This document shows positions 52,857-64,000 of a DNA stretch of 64,000 nt, one piece after another. Both the position numbers and the translations under genes were made by a program. Numbering within the stretch: the first letter of the stretch is position 1; each line of letters starts with the position of its first letter. Below the pieces are notes generated by a model. It did no database searches and was not told the origin of the DNA. It saw only the letters and a program-made list of their open reading frames with translations. The stretch spans positions 40,610,001 to 40,674,000 of the forward strand of contig OX597817.1 in NCBI GenBank assembly GCA_951406725.2. The letters run 5' to 3'. The stretch comes from Octopus vulgaris (taxonomy: Eukaryota).

Positions 52857-53786
52857 ATATTTCGGAATGGTCATTTTGCCAGTTTAGCCAATAAAAACAC
52901 ACGCACTATATATTTGGTGTTACTTTGCTTCAGTGTTATTTATTTTTACATTAATCTTAATCTTACTTCAGCCAGAGTTCTTTCGTCACACTCCTGTAAC
53001 CGCATCAGTGGTCCTTTGTTTTCTTCTTTCTTATTTGTGTCTCTCCTTACTAACCGGCAGCCATTTTGTATTTCTATTGTATGTCTTCATTTGCGCATGC
53101 TTATATCTCTATGTGCGTCTATGTTTATTTAGTGTGTGTGTGTGGGGGGGATGCCTGTAATATTTGTATCTTCTGTTTATATACGTTCATGTAATTTGTT
53201 TTTGTTGTTGTTTTTGTTTATTCTTATTTTGTTCATGGTTTTACATCGACTTATTATTATCATTACATATGCTTGTATGTATGTATGTATAACAACAATA
53301 CTAGTAATAATAATAATAAATCGGAAAAAAAAATATTTTAAAAAATAATAAAATATTTTTTAAAATAGTTATTTAATTCTATTTGTTTATTTATCTGTGT
53401 ATTTATTATGTTTTCGGGATCCTCTACCGTCATATGTTGTGGTGTGTGCTTGTGTTCCATTCTAGTTTTCTATTCAGGCTAGGTTTATTTTCTATTATGT
53501 GTGTAGCTTCTGTAATTTTTCTGATTTTTGTATCTGTTCTATGTGTGGACAATATTTTAATTTCTATGTTGTTGATTGATCCCCCGTGTGACGAAAGAAC
53601 TCTGGCCGAAATAAGATTAAGATTAATGTAAAAATAAATAACACTGAAGCAAAGTAACACCAAATATATAGTGTGTGTGTTTTTATTGGCTAAACTGGCA
53701 AAATTACCATTCCGAAATATAACAATATCTGTTTCAACACACGACTTCACATAAAAAATCTTGCACAACAAATATATAAATGTACT
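52849..53786 (-). mobile_element. Penelope-like element 3' fragment with an inverted terminal repeat
   Basis: About 140-bp inverted arms (52849-52991 / 53586-53728); GIY-YIG C-terminus IEIKILSTHRTDTKIRKITEATHIIENKPSLNRK at about 53430-53585; hammerhead motif; inserted in (TA)n. Confidence 0.85.
52972..53011 (-). ncRNA. Hammerhead motif with one core variant, in a Penelope terminal repeat
   Basis: CCA CUGAUGC G GUUACA-GGAG-UGUGAC GAAA GAAC UC UGG; A9 is C. Confidence 0.68.
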
Positions 53787-53789
53787 ATA

Positions 53790-53821
<32 letters not shown>

Positions 53822-54010
53822 CATATATACATATATATATATGACGGGCTTCTTTCCGTCTACCAAATCCACACACTAGGCTTTGGTTGGCCTGAGGCTA
53901 TAATAGAAGACACTTCCCAAAGGTGCCATGCAGTGGAACTTAACCCGGAACCATTTGGTTCGTAAACAAGCTACTTACCACATAGCCACTCCTATGCCTA
54001 TATTATTATC

Positions 54011-54041
<31 letters not shown>

Positions 54042-55049
54042 TCACTGCCTAGAATCGAACTCGGGATCTTGGGGTTAGTAGCCCTTGCTAACCACTACGC
54101 CATATGCCCATTGGCCACCACTCTCATCACCACATCACCATTGTCATCATCATTACCATCTAGCGTCCATCTTCTGTGCTGGCTCAGATTGGGCAGTTTG
54201 ACAGGATCTAGCTAGCTAATTGGCTGCGTTAAGCTCCAGTGTTAGCTTGGTATGGTTTCTGTGGCTGGATGTCCTTCCTAGTGCCAACCACCTTACAATG
54301 TGTACTGCATTTTTCATGCTACACACTGTGGTTTTCATTGAGCTTCTGTCAACCAAATCCATTTACAAGACTTTGAGAAGCCCAGAGCTTAAATAGGAGA
54401 CACTTACACAAAATACCATACAGTGGAATAGAACCTAAAACCAAAGTCTAAAAAATATATTTCTCTCTTTCACCCTCAGAATTCCCAAAGCTCTGAAATA
54501 GGTCATTGGTACCATGTTTCCTCCTAGACTTGGCGTTAAATAAAACAAAGAAACCTAAATTGTACAGGTTGCTTGAGCTTAGCAATTACAGCTGGCTTTA
54601 ATTTTACCTATATATAAAGCACCATTAACAATTACAGCTGGCTTTAATTTTACCTATATATAAAAAACACCATTTGAGCGAGGCCGTTGCCAGTACCACC
54701 TTATTGGCCCTCATGCCGATGGCACGTAAAAGCACCCACTACACTCTCGGAGTGGTTGGCGTTAGGAAGGGCATCAAGCTGTAGAAACTCTGCCAGATCA
54801 GATTGGAGTCGGGTGCAGCCATCTGGTTCACCAGACCTCAGTCAAATTGTCCAACTCATGCTAGCATGGAAAGCAGACGTTAAACGACGATGATGATGAT
54901 GATGATTTCATATTATCATTAATGTGTGAAAGGTGTGATATCGTTTATTTAGTTAAACATATATTGAATTGGTTACTACGGTGACAGCAATGACAGCAAC
55001 AAAAATAAAACAATACTGAACGGAAATCAAACATTGATTCTCTTTTTAC

Positions 55050-55159
55050 CTTGACAGTAAATTCTTTGTCGAGAATGAAATAGCAGTTATATTTCTTGAC
55101 ATATTGCAGCTTAGTGATGACCCGATGTTGATATTTTGGGTACAGCAGAACTCGTTTTA
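55050..55159 (-). CDS. WDR87/97-like exon (VKRVLLYPKYQHRVITKLQYVKKYNCYFILDKEFTVK)
   Basis: Acceptor ataatag, donor gtaaaa; 110 nt, phase 1->0. Confidence 0.88.
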
Positions 55160-55496
55160 CTATTATAAGATTAAAAGAATGTAACAACAATAAAATTCTA
55201 ATTACAGTTCAAATTCATCATGTATATTGATAAAGAAAAAGAAAGTAATTACAATTCAAATTCATCTTTTAAATTGACAAAGAGAAAAAAGGAAAAGAAA
55301 GTAAAGGTTGTGTTGTGGTTGTTTAATGGTTTATTTACATATTTTAAGTCAAACCTTGTGAATAATAGTATTATTGATTATAGGTATCTGATGAGACAAT
55401 CAATGGTTCACTGCATCTCTGATAGCGGCAGTGATAAAGGGAGTGACTCACCTGATGAAGTTTTCTTGTCAATGTTTATCTTCATTGTCAATATAA

Positions 55497-55668
55497 AGGA
55501 GTGGCTGTGTGATAAGTAGCTTGCTTACGAAACACATAGTTCTGGGTTCAGTCCCACTGCGTGGCACCTTGGGCAAGTGTTTTCTACTATAGCCTCAGGC
55601 CGACCAAAGCCTTGTGAGTGGATTTGGTAGACGGAAACTGAAAGGAGCCTGTCATATATATATATATT

Positions 55669-55700
<32 letters not shown>

Positions 55701-55910
55701 TATATATATATGTATGTATGTGTATATATTTGTGTGTCTGATGCTGGTGTGTTTTTACGTCCTTGTAACTTAGTGGTTCCACAAAAGAGACCAATAGAAT
55801 AAGTTCTAGGCTTACAAAGAATAAGTCTTGGGGTCGATTTGTTTGCCTAAAGGCAGTGCTCCAGCTTGGCCACAGTCAAATGACTGAAACAAGTAAAAGA
55901 TTAAAAGAGA
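55497..55910 (+). mobile_element. SINE family A
   Basis: Full-length copy; partial copies also at about 3196-3420, 34831-35160, 49995-50157, 51964-52205, 53840-54000 and 60471-60775. Confidence 0.88.
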
Positions 55911-56159
55911 GAGATCATGCTTTTCATTCAATATTTCATTTGCTTTACATCTATACTGGAGCATTGGTTGGATGGTTACTTATTTGAGCTGTACTTTATG
56001 TCCAGATGCTTTTCCTTTAATCAAATCTCACCTACTTTACAAGTTTGGGAACTTTTATAAATATATCATCATCATCATCATCATTGTCGTTTAATGTCTG
56101 CTTTCCATGCTGGCATGGGTTGGACGGTTTGACTGAGGATTGGTTAGCCTTTTTTTCTG

Positions 56160-56510
56160 TTTTACGGAATTTTGATCTGGGACCTGTGCAAAGCCATCCT
56201 TTGATGTAGACTGTTTTCTGTTTGGCTTATGTATTGCTCTTGATGCTCAGAGCTGGTCAGTGCATATATCAGGTTCTCCAAAGAACATCTGAAGTTGCTT
56301 TTCACTGTGAAACATTGTCCCTGTTTGAAGGAGAACTCTGATCCCTCAATTAAATTGATGCATATCCCACAGTTGGGTCATCCACATTTTTTTACTGAGG
56401 GCTTCAGTGTTGTTGTTGAGCATATTCAAGCTTGTGTTAGGAGACTTTTCATAGATTTGGGCTGTCTCTTGCTTTTTATGATGGTGTGTGTTTGGAGGAT
56501 TAAGTTCATT
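56160..56510 (-). mobile_element. Penelope-like element fragment: Cys-rich linker plus GIY-YIG endonuclease
   Basis: Manual translation KKCG*PNCGICINL...FRCSLENLIYALT...QYISQTENSLHQRMALHRSQI. Confidence 0.8.
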
Positions 56511-57240
56511 CTGTGGTTCCCTCTATCAATTCAGGGACAATACAACCCATAGCCAACGAATTAGTAAAGAGACTCTCTTTATTACAAAATACAGATCCCT
56601 TTTGAACACATCTACAACAAACGACATATCCACCACGACCTTAGAATAACACACATGCAAATATTAAATATCAAACATGTCCTAGTTTTGTTTATATTGC
56701 CTTATAAGTAATCAGGGAAATGTTATGTCATGTAGAATGGCATTCTTTTCTCTGGATCATCATCATCATCACCATCATCGTCATCACCATCATCACTATC
56801 ATTATCATCACTACCAACAACATCAATAACATCAAGGAAGCTCAAGCCAGTAAAGGAACCTTTAAGTGGTTGCTTGGTGTGCAGAAATAGTAGTCAAGTC
56901 TTTCTCAAATAACACTGTACCATCTTAAAAAAAAATTGGAGTGACACATTACAATGATGTAGTCTTAGATACATGTAAGCATATAGAAATATTTAATGGT
57001 CATGGCGAGAATTTATTTCATCATAGATTTGTTCAGTCAGAGCTGATTTGGGGCAAATTTACAACAATAACACTACAAGCATCATTGTTCCCATCATAGT
57101 CATCTTAATCATCATCATCATCGTAGTCATCGTTGTTTTCATCATCATCATCATTGCTGTCTTTGTCATCATTGTCATCGTCGTCGCCATTGTCAAAGAT
57201 ATGGAAAAGTGGGAATGAGAAATTTTGTAATTCAAATTAC

Positions 57241-57327
57241 CTTTAGAATCTATCCAATCTGGTTTCCAGGAAACAATTCCACGTGTGTCTAGAATGATAT
57301 ATTGTCGAAGCCGGTTGTTATAAGTTA
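57241..57327 (-). CDS. WD40-repeat protein (WDR87/WDR97-like), first exon found (x-TYNNRLRQYIILDTRGIVSWKPDWIDSK)
   Basis: Acceptor atttcag, donor gtaatt; 87 nt, phase 1->1; joins in frame to 55050-55159. Upstream exon not found. Confidence 0.85.
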
Positions 57328-57654
57328 CTGAAATTATATGAGAAATTAAACAGAATAGGTATTCATTCAGCAATGAAATATCTGAGGGAAAACGATATAA
57401 ATCAATGTGGAAGTGCCCTAGCATGGCCACAGCCTCATGCTGAAACCAATAAAAGTTTAAAAGATATACAAATTGCCAAGACATTAGCATAAACATGTCT
57501 TAGGGCTAAAAAGAAAAGTATTCATTTATATGACATGATATTGAGATAAATAATCTATTATATTAATTAATCATCTAGGATCAGAGGTATTCCATTAATG
57601 ACAGAATTTGGCTATAGTGGGGTGGGGTAGTAATTGAGACACCTAATCATTTTC

Positions 57655-59870
57655 TTGAGACATACACAGACTTACCAGTAACCAAAAGCAAGGATCTGCC
57701 TTGGCTATTTCTACAGACTGTTCTGTCACCTTTATTTTTGTATATGGCAACAATGTTGGCACTTTTCCATTGTTGGGGCACACAGTGGGAAGTCCATGCT
57801 CTGCAGATGAAAGCATGGATGTGGGTTTTGAGGGACTGGCCACCATACCTCAAGATCTCAGCTGGCAGAAGGTCAATGTCAGATGCCTTGTTCAACTTGA
57901 TGCCATTTATTGCAGATTCAATTTCTCCAAAGGTTGGGGCACCATCTAGGTAATCAATGGCTGGTAGTGAAGGGATGTTGTCAAGAAAGAAAGGCTTATG
58001 GGGTTTTTATGGTTGAGGAGAGTGTTGAAATGCTCAGCCCATCATGACAGAATTCCATCTCAGTCTTTGATGAGTGATGTTGAATCATCATTCCATACGG
58101 GGCAGAAGGATCCTCTGACTGGACTGTATGCAGTCTTTATGGATTCAAAGAAAGCTTGGATGTTGTTTGTGTCAGCATAGCCTTGTATTTCTTGTGCTTT
58201 AGTCCTCCACCAGTTGTTCTGCATGGTTCTAAGTTTTTGCTGCACCTCAGAGTGGAGGCTTGCCCAATGTGTGTGGTTGGCTGCTGTTGGTTGACAGAGA
58301 TGTCTGTTGTGTGCAGCATTCTTCTCACATAGGAGTGAGTGGATCTTCAAGTCGTCATCAAATCAGTCCTGATGACGTCTATTCAGAACACCAAGTATAT
58401 CTTTGGCAGCGTTAGTGATAGTGGTTGCTAGAGTGTCCCACTCTGAGGTCAGAGTTTGTTCGTCTGTTGGTCCAGTCTCAGCATCAGGGAGTTCAATAAA
58501 CTTTTGTTCCAGTGTTATTGCCAGTTTCTGGAGGGCTTCCTGCAATTACAGAGTTCCAGCAATCAGCTTTTGCTTATGGATAGGAGGTGAATTTGCAAGC
58601 GTAGCCAGCATTGGACCAAGCGATGGTCAGTCCAGCAGCTGGCACCATGCATAACTCTGGTGATTTCCACATCCTGCAGGTCTGAACAACATGTGATGGC
58701 ATAATCAATTAGGTGCCAGTGTTTGGATCTGGAATGCATCCATGTTGTTCTGTGTTTCTCAGCAAGTTGCAACATCGAATTTGTGATGCAAAGGGAAAAT
58801 TCAGAACAAAGTTGGAGGAGGTGGCGGCTATTTGAATTGGTATTTTCAATGCTGAGCCTACCATGAATATCATGTCAAGTGCAATGATTTGATTCCACTC
58901 TTACATTAAAGTAGCCTAAAAGCAAGAGTTTCTCTTCACATGGAACATGCTGCAGGGCAACACGCAGGGAAGTGTAGAAGGCATGTTTGTCCTCTTCAGC
59001 TGATGTGAGAGTTGGTGCATAAGCACTAAGCAGTGTGGGCGAACAACCATGCATTAGTGGGATGTGCATCGTCATGAACCATTCACTGATGCTAACTAGT
59101 GACTCAGTTAGTGATGGAACCAAAGCAAATGCATGCAGGGAGAGCCAGCAGGGTGACCTTTCTTGAAGAAAGTATATCCGTTGCTTACCTCCATAAGTGA
59201 CCCCTCTTCAAGGAAGCGAGTTTCACTGAGGGCAGCAACAATGATGTTGTAGCATTGGAGTTCTACCGTAACGAGGGCAGAGCAGCGATTGGGATTGGGG
59301 GTGTTGGTGTCATCCAATAAAGTATGAACGTTCCAGGTTGCAACATTCAGAGATTGAATTTTACTTTTAATGTTTCGACCGCATTTGAAAGACATTCTGA
59401 TGGATGTGGTTATCCATCCAGATCAGATCTGTGAGCAGGCGTTTTTTAGGCCACATTTTCTATGCCCCTCCCCATCTTGGGGTGAGCAGCGCATCCCTAA
59501 ACAAGGCTGCTCAGTTGTCTCAGTAGGACCGAGAGTCTCAGCTGTTCATCCGGGAAGCAAATGACCATCTTGCTGAGACTGCCTGTGTGCAAGCACAGAA
59601 CTAAGGGTTTCTAGCCAGTCTAAGCCTGCCCCTGCCATTCAGCACTCAATGCCACAGGATTTTGAAACATAATCGTAGATGATGTAGGAAACGATTGCAC
59701 TAAGAAGTTTATAGTGGAGAAATGGTCACACAATCCATGACCTACTAACTTGACACTGCATGGAGGACTTATCCAGTGGCATTGAGTAAACCAAGATGAC
59801 TAGCTCTATACAGCACTGCAGCATCATGTCACATACCCTGAGTCTAGGGAAGTGCTGACGTGCTGATGTC
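57655..59870 (-). mobile_element. RTE/BovB-like LINE, 5' part (APE endonuclease to pre-RT), decayed
   Basis: LNVATWNVHTL, ALSETR, SAYAPT, HLIDY, TDHRL and IYKNKGDRTVCRN motifs spread over frameshifted ORFs. Confidence 0.9.
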
Positions 59871-61615
59871 ACACAGATTTTAGATTGGTGTTATCATCAC
59901 CTAGGGAATGTGCCAGTTTGTAGCTAAAGGACTTCCCTGTCCTGAATAGCTTTATGTTCAGAATTGTCTTTCTAGTCCTAACAGGTGCTATCACTCTGGA
60001 TCAGAGTAGACCTGGGAACAATGACAAATTAAGAGGTAGCTCCATTTTCCTCAAGGCATAGCCCATTGTCATTGGATGCAGTTCCAGATCTTGTCCAGGA
60101 TCATTTGATGGCTGGCTGTTGACTGCTCATGAGTTTCTGTGCCCTTGTCGGGTAGATTCAGCATGACAGCGTGTGACAAGACCAACATACACCCTCCTTA
60201 CCAAGCAAGCTTGGTGGGGTTGCCAGTTTAGTCACTGACGATCCGACCATGCAACAAGTTGTACTGGATTACATATTACCAGTAGCACCCATGAGTGACC
60301 TTACACAATATAGACAAATAGAAAAACCACTTAGTCACCACCTGTGCTTACCATTCACTATGTTCACATCTTTTCCTAGCTATAAACATCTGTTACTCTC
60401 CTTTCACAACCTCACAAGCTTATCCACCCATGTGTGTGCACATAAGCATATATACATATGTTCTTTCATTCTTTTACTTTTTTTTACTTGTTTCAGTCAT
60501 TTGACTACGGCCATACTGGAGCGCTACCTTGAAGTGTTTTTGTCAATCAATTCAACCCCAGGGCTTACTTTTAAGCCTAGTACTTGTTGTATTGGTCTCT
60601 TTGTCGAACTGCTAGAAGGATGTAAACATACCAGCACTGGTTGTCAATGATGAGGGACAAACAAACACAAATCCACTCACAAGGCTTTGCTTGGCTCAAA
60701 GCTATAGTTGAAGACACTTTCCTTAGCTGCGATAGAGTAGCACTAAACCTGGAACTATGTGGTTGGGAAGCAACCTAATATATTCATGTGTTTATACGTG
60801 TGTGTGTGCATAAAAGTATATATGTGCATGTATGTGTGTAGATATGTATGTGCATTCTATATCTTTATATATGCGCATATATATTCACATGTGTACATAT
60901 TGTAATAGCAGATGTGTTTGTGTGCATATGTACATATTTAATTTTTGATTTTATTTCCTACTTTTCTATGTATAGGTAAGTGAAATAAGGCTTGTTTGAG
61001 TGTATGTATGTATGTATGTATGTATGTATGTATGTATGTATGATTGTATGTATGTATGGAGGTTCAATGGCCCAGTGGTTAGGGCAGCAGACTCACAGTT
61101 ATAGGATTGCAGTTTCGATTTCCACACTGGGCATTGTGAGTGTTTATTGAGCGAAAACACTTAAAGCTACATGAAGCTCTGGCAGGGGATGGTTGCAAAC
61201 CCTGCTGTGTTCTTTTACCACAACTTTCTCTCACTCTTTCTTCCTGTTTCTGTTGTACCTGTATTTCAAAGGGCCAGCTTTGTCACACTCTGTCATGCTG
61301 AATCTCCCCGAGAGCTACATTAAGGGTATACATATCTGTGGAGTGCTCAGCCACTTGCATGTTAATTTCATGAGCAGGCTATTCCATTTATCAGATGAAC
61401 TGGAAACCTCGTCATTGTAACTGACGGAGTGCCACAATGTATGTATGTAAAGTTAATAACATGAAAACACAAAGAGAAAACACAACAACATGAGGACGTG
61501 GAACAAGTATAGGAAAGGAAAGAAAGAAGGAGGCTTTAACATTTAACAAGGGAAGACGGAGGAAAAAAATCGCCAACGATACACACACGGTCACATATTG
61601 AACATATGTATGTAC

Positions 61616-61646
<31 letters not shown>

Positions 61647-63090
61647 TGTATGTATGTATGTATGTATGAATGAGTGTTAATGTATGTGTGTGTATATACA
61701 TACATATATTAACATAGATAGATAGACAGACAGATAGACAGACAGGCAGGTAGGCAGGCAGGCAGACAGACAGACAGATAGATAGATATCTGCCTATACG
61801 TTTTCTTTATATATAGGTAGTGTGTATTCATGTATTTCTCTATGTTATGTATACCTGTGTGTATATGTGTATGTCTGTGCAATTAACTCACTCTCACAGG
61901 TGTTTCAATTGTCTTCTCACTCTTTTTACTTTTCTTTTTCATTTTTCTGCTGTTTTATCTCTCTCTCCCTCTCTCTCTGACACACACACACACACTTTTT
62001 TTCATTGATTTCTTTTACTTCATAAACTCTTCTCCATAAGCATATGTGTTTCCCCATTAGTGTATTTGCATGCATGTGCACGCGTGCAGTGTGTGTGTCT
62101 GAGTGTGTTTGACTGCGTGTCTGTGTGTCTGTGTGTCTGTGTCTATTTACATGATAATGATTCTTTTGTGCCAAGTATTTCAGTCTGCAATTACCTCTCC
62201 CAACATCCTCTGGTTGCAACATTCCATCTTCTCTGACCAACCCTTACTCTACTGCCCTCATCACCATCACATCACCATCACATCCACTCCTTTTTCTCAT
62301 AATCACTAACACCAAATAACCTGCTTTCTTCATCAACACTCCATTCAATGTAACAGACACTAACCACTTCTCAATAATCATTCATGCATCCCAAGAACCA
62401 CTACGAACCACTGCAGTCTATAAATGTTCCACCAACTCAAACATCTTTGACACTATGTACATCCCCCACTTTTTCCACCACCACTCCCTACCATTTGTAT
62501 CTTTAGCTTTTCATTACCTGTACACTTTGCCTTCTGCCTTATTTGCTACTAACTAGCTGAACCATTCCACTTTCTTCAGTCCTTGAAGAAGCCTTCTGAT
62601 GAAACAAAATATATATCACGCTAATGGCAATTGATTAAATATCAAAAATCTCAGAGTTTTCGTTTTCAGTTCTTTATAGTAAGTGGCTCGACAATGTTTC
62701 TTTGAACCTGTCACCTCTATGAAAAATTATCTGTCTGTCTGTCTATCGATCTATCTACCTATTGCCAACAACTGATGAATGGTCCTTTCTCTGTGTTTAT
62801 ATTTAATTTATTTTTAATACATTTAGTTTATATTTAATTTATATTTAATACATTTAGATTTAAGTTCCCAAATATATTTACTGAGGCCTGTTGAATTAAT
62901 TAGATTTCTATTCCTACAAGAATACATGTTTTGAGCCACTCTTAATTTAATTTAATTTTATCTTATGATATATTATTTTATTTTGTTCCATTTTTATTGT
63001 AAAATTACGTATTATTTTATATATTTATATTTTCTTACAAGATTATATACGTATATTTCTATATTTAATTATTTTTATTGTTCTTATCTT

Positions 63091-63173
63091 GGACCTGAAG
63101 AGTGACTATATTTAAATTAAATTGATTTTACTGTTATCAGTTTGAAAATATAGCCACAAAACACGTGTAGTCT
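63091..63173 (+). ncRNA. Hammerhead motif inactivated by GAAA->AAAA
   Basis: GGAC CUGAAGA GUGACUAUAUUU...AAAUAUAGCCAC AAAA CACGUG UA GUCU; all three stems present. Confidence 0.7.
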
Positions 63174-63413
63174 TTTTACCAATTATATACTTTTTATTTA
63201 TTATTTTGTACTTTACTTAATTATTGGTATATGTTTTATTGTATATTTAATGTTTTTCTATATGGTATAATTTAATTATATCATTGTTATTTCATTGTTG
63301 AATTGCTAAAAGGTGGTTTTTCTCTAATTTATATACATATAGTATATATTGTGAAATTTGATTTAGTATTACTAAATTGAATTTTTCCCTGTAAGTTTGG
63401 AATAATATTCCCA

Positions 63414-63476
<63 letters not shown>

Positions 63477-63537
63477 TTATATACATATATACATATATAT
63501 TATAATGGAATAATTACTATGAAGTATTGTGTAGAAT

Positions 63538-63721
63538 ATATTGTATAAAGGATTGTGGGTAAGGCCAAAACAATGCGAAGTAAATGCAAGGTAAATCACA
63601 AGAAAACAAATATGTGAATTAATGTACACTTTTCTATTAATTCACCTATTTGTTCCCATGGGATTTACTTTGCATTTACTTTGCATTGTTTTGGCCTTAT
63701 CCACAATCCTTTATACTATAT
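63538..63721. repeat. Inverted repeat with about 85-bp arms
   Basis: 63538-63625 is complementary to 63637-63721. Confidence 0.9.
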
Positions 63722-64000
63722 GTATAAATGTATACATGTATGTATGTCTGTATGTATGTGTATATATATGTGTTGTTGAGTGTGTGTGTGTATATCATCA
63801 TCATCATCGTTTAACGTCTGTTTTCCATGCTAGCATGGGTTGGACGGTTCAGCTGGGGTCTGGGAAGCCAGTAGGCTGCACCAGGCCAAGTCTGATCTGG
63901 AAGTGTTTCTACAGCTGGATGCCCTTCCTAATGCCAACCACTCCGTGAGTGTAGTGGGTGCTTTTTACGTGCCATCTGCACAGGAGCCAGATGAGGCTGG

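Noticed and set aside
62518-62595. AG...GT-bounded segment as a possible upstream coding exon
   Set aside because: Stops in all three frames; it could be a UTR exon but there is no support.

Overview
Eukaryotic, AT-rich, microsatellite-dense DNA. The SINE, LINE and microsatellite content strongly suggests an Octopus (cephalopod) genome; this is inferred from recognised repeat style, not from a database match. One host gene runs through the window on the minus strand. I assembled 14 phase-consistent GT-AG exons by hand (57327 down to 12577, 1716 nt, about 572 aa), plus a likely 15th exon at 6475-6525. They encode a WD40 beta-propeller protein resembling the WDR87/WDR97 family; start and stop were not located. 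The introns hold tRNA-derived SINEs, RTE, CR1 and R4/Dong LINE fragments, two decayed mariners, a Merlin transposon and a Merlin MITE, a piggyBac-type MITE, two non-autonomous Helitrons, and many Penelope-like element (PLE) remnants. Three observations stand out. (1) About a dozen minimal type-I hammerhead ribozyme motifs sit in PLE-type hairpin elements. Two have intact cores on the pre-mRNA strand in one intron, and one of these is flanked by its own antisense copies. (2) An inverted intronic copy of a host exon should pair with that exon in the pre-mRNA, giving a candidate ADAR editing-complementary sequence with a predicted A:C-mismatch recoding site. (3) A tRNA-headed SINE carries a hammerhead-like motif. 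Most ORFs in the supplied track are microsatellite or repeat artefacts. Repeat boundaries are approximate.
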